Shown here piece by piece: positions 57,695 to 64,000 of a stretch of 64,000 nucleotides of DNA (its first letter is position 1; each line of letters begins with the position of its first letter). Made by a program: the position numbers and the translations under genes. The DNA comes from a virus (taxonomy: Duplodnaviria; Caudoviricetes). The DNA is taken from positions 64,868 through 128,867 of the IMG/VR virus record IMGVR_UViG_3300025706_000001; one strand, written 5' to 3'. Under the pieces are notes generated by a model. The model did no database searches. It saw nothing but the letters and a program-made list of their open reading frames with translations, and was not told the DNA's origin.

Positions 57695-57928
57695 ATGAGC
57701 AGGGATAGAAGGATTACTGTGTTTGTGAACGATCAGGAGTACGGCGTCTTGCGGGCGGTTTCACCCGACGATGAAGCGTTGGGCCGAACTGTTCGGCGGC
57801 TGGCGATGGAACGGGCCGAGTGGATGGCCGAACACGGTCGCAAGCAAAAGGGGCGGGTTTCCCCCGTCCGCGACGACGGGCCGTACAACGATGGCCCGGT
57901 CCTGGACCGCTCATGGTCGCAAGAGTAG
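57695..57928 (+). CDS. Ribbon-helix-helix-like regulator
   Basis: RITVFVN..EY..L.......LG..VR.LA; GGAGG RBS. Confidence 0.5.
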   Translation: MSRDRRITVFVNDQEYGVLRAVSPDDEALGRTVRRLAMERAEWMAEHGRKQKGRVSPVRDDGPYNDGPVLDRSWSQE

Positions 57929-58068
57929 CGTTGGTTCTTTCTGGCCTTTTGCTAAAGCGTTGGGCTGCTTGGGTTTGCGGCGTGAAAGCGTCTGCGGGCG
58001 ATGGCAATAAGTGTACGTGGGGAGGGTGTCCTTCCCGGTTGTAAAGTCTCTCGATGAAAGGGGTTACG

Positions 58069-58347
58069 ATGAAAGGTCCGAAACTGGTGTCCAAGGCCGT
58101 GGCGAAGCAAGAGCGGGTTACTGTTGGCGGGCGGTATGCCGACAACGTCCAGCCGTCGGTGTACGCGATCGCGGACAGCGGAAAGTCGTTTGACGGAACG
58201 AATTACGAGAAGCTGGAACTCCGCTTCGGAAACGGAGAAACCGATTACGAGTTCGTGTTCTTCATGGGACCGGGCCAGCTGGAGCGAATCAAGGGCGAAA
58301 TCGACCGCGTTCTGGCGCGAAACGCCAAAGAGGCGGCGGTCGCCTAG
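58069..58347 (+). CDS. Hypothetical protein
   Basis: Motif plus GAAAGGGG RBS. Confidence 0.6.
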   Translation: MKGPKLVSKAVAKQERVTVGGRYADNVQPSVYAIADSGKSFDGTNYEKLELRFGNGETDYEFVFFMGPGQLERIKGEIDRVLARNAKEAAVA

Positions 58348-58501
58348 CATGGCGGGGGCAAGGGTGGGCGGCGGGCTACGGCTCGCCGCCCGTTTTCATG
58401 CGCCGTCAGGCCAAAAGTTCTTTCTGGCCCAATGGCAATAAGCTACTGTGGGGAACGACGGTTCCCTGGTGTCAAGTTCTTTCCTTGCAAGGGGTTATGC
58501 T

Positions 58502-58849
58502 ATGTCTCTCAAGATCACTTACGCTCACGTCTCGGCTGATTGTGGATCGCCCGTCAAGTACATGGTTCATGAAGAGGGAACCGATCCGACTACGGGGCAA
58601 CCGTTCGATACCGTCAAGGAAGCCAAAAAGGCGGCGTTGGATGCCGTCAGGGCAGACGCCAAGGCCAATCGAAAGGCGGTTTCCGATCAGAAAAAGGCCA
58701 TAAAAGCCGCTGACCGCGCCACAAAGGCGGTCGCCAAGGCGGCTGAGAAAGCGGCAGAGAAGTTGGCAGCAGAGGAAGCCGTTCTCGCTGAGAAGAAAGC
58801 CAAGTTGGAAGCGTTCAACACGGCCGGCACGTTCGCTCTGGTCGGCTAG
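58502..58849 (+). CDS. Lys/Ala-rich helical protein
   Basis: Last motif-led cassette, followed by a terminator at ~58866-58902. Confidence 0.6.
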   Translation: MSLKITYAHVSADCGSPVKYMVHEEGTDPTTGQPFDTVKEAKKAALDAVRADAKANRKAVSDQKKAIKAADRATKAVAKAAEKAAEKLAAEEAVLAEKKAKLEAFNTAGTFALVG

Positions 58850-59019
58850 TCCGCTCTCCCATGTCACGCCCCCTGTCGGCTACGGTCGGCAGGGGGCGTT
58901 TTCGTGCGCTTACGTAGCCCGTTTCAGGCCCCTGGCGTGCGTTCTACCGCGTCGGGCGGCGGGACGGCTCAAGGTCGGGAAGGGGGCCGTGCGGGCGTTG
59001 GGCGGGGGGGAGGGGGTCC

Positions 59020-59344
59020 GGTGCGGTGAAAATCAGCGAAAACGGGCGGGCGGCGGGCTGGGTGGCCGTCTCCGAGAGCTATGATCCATTTTCAACTTTT
59101 TGCCCTTCGGGGGTCAAAAGGGTTGAAAATGGTGCCCTGCTTTACTTTTACGCTGATTGCAGATGGTGCTTTTGCTTTTTGGTGATGAGTTGTGAGTGAT
59201 AGAGTCTTTCGTGGTGAGTTTCAGATGGGATTGGGGATGGCGCATGAAGTGCTTTTATGGTCATCTGGTGCGGTGAAAATCAAGGTTTTGTCATACTTTC
59301 TGGCTGGGGACCTTGGTCTGAGAGCTATGATCCATTTTCAACTT
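59020..59344. repeat. Bipartite direct repeat in the convergence zone
   Basis: GGTGCGGTGAAAATCA at 59020 and 59267; GAGAGCTATGATCCATTTTCAACTT at 59074 and 59320. Confidence 0.85.
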
Positions 59345-59791
59345 CTGCTCGTCTTTGTCTAAATCCGGGAAGTCTAAGGTCCCGATAAAAGCCGACCGGC
59401 CAGTTCTCGTCCGTGACCGCGTGTTCAATGAAATACGAGAACAGTTCGTCGAAGTCGGAATGTGTCCAAGACTGGAATTTTCCGTGGACACTTCCTGCTC
59501 GATCATGCGGATCTTGTCTTCGTCATCCAGGCAGACCGTGACTCGCCAAAGCCATGAATCGGTAGTTTCTTCACCTTTGACGACTCGCAGGATGCTTGGT
59601 CGTAGGCCCTGGACGTAGCCCATTGAGATTTCGTTCCAGGGGTATCCAGTCAGTTCTGGAAGCACTTTGATACTGAGGCATCCGCGACGGTTGGCTGGGA
59701 AGAACCAGTGGCCGCATGGGTCGATGTAGTCGGCCGGGCAGGTTGGCTTCCATTCAGGAGGTTCTGGAGGCGTCCAAATTATTTCAGACAT
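59291..59791 (-). CDS. Peptidase inhibitor I78/potato-I-like protein (paralog 1)
   Basis: LRVVKGEETTD...RVTV.LD...KI..I. Confidence 0.5.
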   Translation of the reverse strand: MSEIIWTPPEPPEWKPTCPADYIDPCGHWFFPANRRGCLSIKVLPELTGYPWNEISMGYVQGLRPSILRVVKGEETTDSWLWRVTVCLDDEDKIRMIEQEVSTENSSLGHIPTSTNCSRISLNTRSRTRTGRSAFIGTLDFPDLDKDEQKLKMDHSSQTKVPSQKV

Positions 59792-59808
59792 GGCTTACTT
59801 GGTGGTGG

Positions 59809-60312
59809 TTAAGGGTTTGGCAAACACATCCAGGTGCAGTACGCCCCCGGAAGCCCGCATGTCTTCAGTTTTTCAGCGTCGTCCTTGCCGTAGGCGATCA
59901 GGACGCTTGGTGCGCCGCTGTTGCCTTTTGCCCTTTTGCCGTCTTGGTAGTGGAAGAACAGCCGTCCCCACAGGAACAGGATTCCTGTAGCGCGGTTCCA
60001 GACGAACTCTTGGAACATTTCCGTTTCGGTTCTGGCGAAGATCAGTGCGGTGCCGCATCCGTGGTCGGCGAGTTTTTCCAGCCATTTCGCCGCGCTACTG
60101 TAGGGCGGATTGAGCCATACTCGTCCTAACCAAGGTTGTTCGAGTCCGTGTTCATGATAGCCCATTGTCGCGCATGGCCAGGGTTGTGAATCGCACTGGC
60201 ACGGGTCCAGGTCGAATGGTCCAAGTGCGTCGATAATGAACTTTGGCGTGATCCACGAGTCGGTGGCACCGTGGTTAGGTGTTGTGTGTCCGCCGATTCC
60301 TTTGGATGACAT
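59809..60312 (-). CDS. Phage DNA N6-adenine methyltransferase
   Basis: W.TP..I..ALGPFDLDPC, GL.QPW.GRVWLNPPY, ALIFARTET, GRL.F. Confidence 0.9.
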   Translation of the reverse strand: MSSKGIGGHTTPNHGATDSWITPKFIIDALGPFDLDPCQCDSQPWPCATMGYHEHGLEQPWLGRVWLNPPYSSAAKWLEKLADHGCGTALIFARTETEMFQEFVWNRATGILFLWGRLFFHYQDGKRAKGNSGAPSVLIAYGKDDAEKLKTCGLPGAYCTWMCLPNP

Positions 60313-60940
60313 TTTCGGTCTCAAGAGTTTGGCAGAGTGAGCAGTTTCTTCCGGGACTCGAACGCCTTGGTGCAGGCGGTCATCGTGGCTTCCCTGGCAT
60401 TCCGAGGTATTCGGCTGCCGCGTCTCGCAGGGTCGCAAGGATCTTCTCAGACGCAAACGCGACGAGGTAGTGCAACTCTCTTTCCAAGTCGAGCGTTCGT
60501 CATTCTGGACGCGAGTGTAGACCGGCACGCGGTCCTGAAGGGCATTGAACTTGTCGGCCAGTTCGGCACTGCGCCGTTGCAGTGCTTTGATCTCAGCGGA
60601 TCTTTGCAGGGCTATTTCGGAAACCCTCTCGAATCTTAAATGCGATCTTCGCTCGCGACGGTCTCGCACGAGTAGGGCACGGCGACGTTGAGTGCTGTCC
60701 TTGGGCGTTGACTCGCGGTGCCAGCGGTGGATGAGTGTTCTTGTGGCGCGGTTCATTGCTTTCGTGCCTTTGCCTGTTCAGTGGCCTCGTCGATCTGCTT
60801 TACTAGGATGCGTGCGACGACATCGGTTTCCGAGTGCGTGCCGTCCGCGACTTGATCTGCGATGGCACGGATCTCTTCAAAGGTGACCTTGTAGCCGAAG
60901 TCGATCATGTCCTGCATGAACAGGCGGCACTGGCGATTGG

Positions 60941-61333
60941 TTAGTTTGATGCGCTGCATGTTTTGATTCCTCTGTCAAGTGCGGCTCTAAGATTCGACCC
61001 GCAGTTGATTCCGTGCGGCAGTCCGACTTCGACTTCCTGGTGGATCATCTCGATTTTGTTTTGGTCGTCCAAGTACACGGTGACTCGCCAAGTTTGTGCA
61101 TCGGTGGTTTCTTCACCTTTGACGACGCGCAGGCTGCTTGGTCTCAGGCCCTGGACATAGGCCATCGCGATTTCGTTCCAGGGGTGTCCGGTCAGGTTTG
61201 ATAGGACTGGGACACTGAGGTAGCCACGACGGTTGTAGGGGATGAACCTGTGGCCGCAGGTGTCGATGTAGTCGGCCGGGCAGGATGGTTGCCAGTCTGG
61301 TGGGTCGGGGGGCATCCAGATACTGCTGAACAT
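60941..61333 (-). CDS. Peptidase inhibitor-like protein (paralog 2)
   Basis: Clearly homologous to 59291-59791 over ~100 aa. Confidence 0.55.
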   Translation of the reverse strand: MFSSIWMPPDPPDWQPSCPADYIDTCGHRFIPYNRRGYLSVPVLSNLTGHPWNEIAMAYVQGLRPSSLRVVKGEETTDAQTWRVTVYLDDQNKIEMIHQEVEVGLPHGINCGSNLRAALDRGIKTCSASN

Positions 61334-61350
61334 GATTCGTTTTCCTGTGG

Positions 61351-61947
61351 TTATAGCTTCTGTGCTTTCTTTGCGGCGGCCACGGGGTCGGGGTCATCTG
61401 CCCACTCGTTGTCGGCAACACGTCGATGGTATCGCCACTCATCTCCGCGCAGGTAAAGCGACGGGTAGCAGTCCTGTTCGCTCATTGTTTTTCCATACGC
61501 CTTGAAGTTGCGTATCGCATCGCTGGCCGCGATGGCAACCAGCGTCGGCAGGAGGTCGGCATCGCCGCTTTTCGGCGGATCAGCTTCGTTCTGGGCTTCA
61601 GCAATCTTCGATTCAAGCTGGACGACCGTCTCGCACGATTTCTCCAGTTCACTGGTCAGTCGTTTGACTTCCTTCTTGCTGTCCTTGAGTTCCTGTTGTG
61701 TCGCGTCGAGTTCAACAGCCAGGACTGCCGCACGGCTCGTCACGGCACCCACTGCGCCGTAGACGAGATCCTGGATCATTCGGCAGCAGCGTTCGGGGTC
61801 GAGACTGTCTCGGCTTTCACGGACGAAGCCCCAGAGTTTCCAGATCGCGACCTCGACCTGCTTCGCGGTCATGGCACATTGTTCGATGCCGAGTAGTTCT
61901 TTGCGGATGTCGGCGAGGATCTGTTGTTCTGTTCGTTTGTCTTTCAT
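61351..61947 (-). CDS. Coiled-coil hypothetical protein
   Basis: ATGA overlap with the upstream gene. Confidence 0.55.
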   Translation of the reverse strand: MKDKRTEQQILADIRKELLGIEQCAMTAKQVEVAIWKLWGFVRESRDSLDPERCCRMIQDLVYGAVGAVTSRAAVLAVELDATQQELKDSKKEVKRLTSELEKSCETVVQLESKIAEAQNEADPPKSGDADLLPTLVAIAASDAIRNFKAYGKTMSEQDCYPSLYLRGDEWRYHRRVADNEWADDPDPVAAAKKAQKL

Positions 61948-63137
61948 TGGTTCTGGCTCCACGGGCTTTTGACGCCTAATTGAATTGGTCTTTTCTTCTC
62001 GACTCGCCCACACCGAACGCACGTTCGCTGGTACACGTCCTCATGCTCTGGTTCAATGGCCCAGCGCCCACCGAGCGATCCAAATCGAGGCGTGCATTCA
62101 GGGTCTGCCTCTTCCCAGCATCCTTCTCTGGTGCAGATCGTCACTAGCTTTCCGACGGGATCGTCCCAGATATGACCATCACGGGCACATGAAATTGGAA
62201 GCTGCTTTCTGAGTGATACTAACGCCTTTTCATGCGCCGCGATATACTTAACGATGTCGTCGGCTGGTGCGTTTTCGCATCCCGGCCAGTGGAACGACTT
62301 GTCCATCTCTGCCATGTCTGTCAGTATCCATCCGCGATGAGTGTCTAGGATGTCCACCGACCATCGTCCGCCGACAGCTGCGCCGGCCTGTGTCGCAATT
62401 TGAATGACCTTCTCTCGCTCATTCTCACCGAGGATTCGCACCCGGTCGTACATGTCGTCGAAGTTGTCGGGCAGTTCGTGCTCTGCAGGCAGCCCCCAAA
62501 CGTCGTCTACTGGGCCGTCTTTCCTCCTGGGGAACCCCTGCTCGACACTTGCACGAGTCCAGTAAGGGTGGACGCACAAAATCTCACCCCCGTCCACAAA
62601 GCACCGAAACTCCCTGCACAGCGGCATGTCGTCATACTGCGGCAGAGTGCAGACTGGCTTTGTTGGAAGTAGTTCCCGAACCACCCAGACGTTCCACGTA
62701 AGGCCGAACATGTCAGCGCACTCCGAGAACTCCATGAGGTTGTAGACGTGCTGAATGAGGTCGTCTGGCGACTCCAAGTAGCAGGTGTTTTTCCAGTTGT
62801 GCTTATTGCTGGTTTGTCCGGTGCGCAGGAAGCAAGGGCAACCGATCTCGTTTACTGCTCTTGAAAGGCTGTCCAGGAACAGGACGCCAGCACTACCTGG
62901 GCTGCCTCCGTCAAAGAACTTACCAAGCTCGTGATGGGTGTCGTAATCAGTGAACGACACGATCCTAGTCTTGGGAACCGGAAGCCCGGCCGCCTCGATC
63001 TTGGGGAACCAGTAGCTGAGGCAGGTTCTGTCTTCGCGGACAAGCCGCCTTTTTGTTGCGGCTCGGATCTCGTCGTCGCTTGGGATACCTGCTTGAATCA
63101 TTTGGCGAATTTCGTCTGGGGTTGCTGGACTTGGCAT
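61944..63137 (-). CDS. ATP-grasp protein (R2K/Cdc123-like)
   Basis: P.FLRT...S.KH, VVRE.L, EFRCFV..G.I....PY, WSVD......W.L.D. Confidence 0.65.
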   Translation of the reverse strand: MPSPATPDEIRQMIQAGIPSDDEIRAATKRRLVREDRTCLSYWFPKIEAAGLPVPKTRIVSFTDYDTHHELGKFFDGGSPGSAGVLFLDSLSRAVNEIGCPCFLRTGQTSNKHNWKNTCYLESPDDLIQHVYNLMEFSECADMFGLTWNVWVVRELLPTKPVCTLPQYDDMPLCREFRCFVDGGEILCVHPYWTRASVEQGFPRRKDGPVDDVWGLPAEHELPDNFDDMYDRVRILGENEREKVIQIATQAGAAVGGRWSVDILDTHRGWILTDMAEMDKSFHWPGCENAPADDIVKYIAAHEKALVSLRKQLPISCARDGHIWDDPVGKLVTICTREGCWEEADPECTPRFGSLGGRWAIEPEHEDVYQRTCVRCGRVEKKRPIQLGVKSPWSQNQ

Positions 63138-64000
63138 GTTTGGTCTCGCTTCAAAAGTTCAAGTTGGCCATTTGGTTCGGACGTTGATTTGTCGCTCTGA
63201 AACTGAGCTGATGATTAGGTGCCCATTTTCTTCACAGCGAACGATTCATATACCGGCACACCAGCGAATAGTGAGTTCGCTCTTTCCGTCTGGAGACATT
63301 AAGGTGATAACCTTGTCGTTGTCGTCAAGAAAAGTTCCAAGTTTGGCTGCAATGCCTTGCGGACGCTCTTTCATGCAGATAGCTCCTTCCCGTCCAGTCT
63401 GAATGTAGCAATCCAGATATACCATCCGGTGTCCAAGCCAGGGCGTTTTGGCAGTTTCCTGTGCTCGATATGGGTTATTGCGCCGGTCCCGTACTGATTC
63501 CCGTGGTGTCGCACAGGGTGTTTGGTCTTGACCGCAGAGATGGCTACTGCGCCTTTCCGGGTGACTTGAAAGGTTCCGAGACGGGTTTTGATTTTGGGTC
63601 TTGCGTCCATGTTATGATTGTAGTCTTCGTAAATCTTGGCTGCACCAGTGCAGCCGCCTTTATCGAGAGATCGGCCGACCGCCGAACCGCGACACCCGTT
63701 CACAGATCGACTCTACTGCCTCTAATCCGTGCCATCTCAGGAGCAGTCCTGCTTCGTATCCGTCGCAAGGTCCGTCGCCTAGTGGCTGGTCGTCGTCTTG
63801 CAGTATCGGTGCTGGTGGCTTTGGTTCACGAGTTCGGTCGTGCATCTTCATAGAGCCGGATAGCGACATTGGTCGGTTTCCTTGTCTCAGGATGTCAAAA
63901 GTTCAGGTTAGCCTTTTGCCGGTCGTCCCAAGGGGCGAGTCAAGCATCTCGCCATGCGGACTCGCCCCTTGAAACGACCGTCAGCCGTAGGTTGACTCCA

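Larger units (their letters stand above)
37856..58442 (+). promoter_or_regulatory. Dispersed array of a GGCAATAAG-N5-GT motif (probable phage-specific promoter)
   Basis: 24 exact copies, all on the + strand: 37856, 38525, 38926, 40009, 40561, 41263, 43307, 43591, 43911, 46057, 46675, 50355, 50701, 51448, 52330, 52994, 53233, 54058, 54900, 55495, 56072, 57246, 58003, 58434; variants at 38043 and 49315. Confidence 0.85.

Noticed and set aside
37856-58442. Integron attC array or CRISPR interpretation of the repeated junctions
   Set aside because: I saw no consistent RYYYAAC/GTTRRRY boxes and no integrase in the window. The hairpins end in T-tracts like terminators, and the 9-bp motif is irregularly spaced.
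59809-60756. 315-aa fused methyltransferase
   Set aside because: MTase homology starts at Met 60312; the upstream part is probably a separate small gene or read-through of the frame.
59291-61333. Diversity-generating retroelement TR/VR pair
   Set aside because: Differences are not adenine-specific, and there is no reverse transcriptase in the window.

Overview
A 64-kb slice of a large, GC-rich tailed bacteriophage or prophage genome. The host is unknown; the gene content weakly suggests Planctomycetota, which is inference only. Layout: 1-19.6 kb is a minus-strand virion/lysis block (portal, fibre-like repeat proteins, LamG and pectate-lyase-like proteins, a B12 radical SAM enzyme, a papain-like peptidase). 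19.8-21.0 kb is a tnpB-only mobile element. 21.2-34.4 kb is a minus-strand DNA metabolism block (Dam-like MTase, intein-containing SF2 helicase, ParB-like protein, RecT/RecE, SbcC-like ATPase, HNH nucleases). After divergent promoters at ~34.5 kb, the plus strand carries a cluster of aberrant tRNA-like RNAs and ~21 kb of small genes. Many of these genes follow a terminator - GGCAATAAG-N5-GT - RBS - ORF layout, around a phage sigma factor. A G-rich repeat-containing convergence zone at ~59 kb is followed by minus-strand genes. Most notable: (1) an intact-looking TnpB with an omega-RNA-like 3' end, bounded by 19-bp terminal inverted repeats and an 8-bp target-site duplication, i.e. DDE (IS1/IS1595-like) ends rather than IS200/IS605/IS607 ends; (2) 24 exact copies of a probable phage-specific promoter; (3) an HNH endonuclease gene overprinted in another frame inside an intein; (4) an AAA+ ATPase with Walker B placed before Walker A; (5) anticodon-less tRNA-like RNAs. 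All family calls are by eye from motifs; no searches were run.
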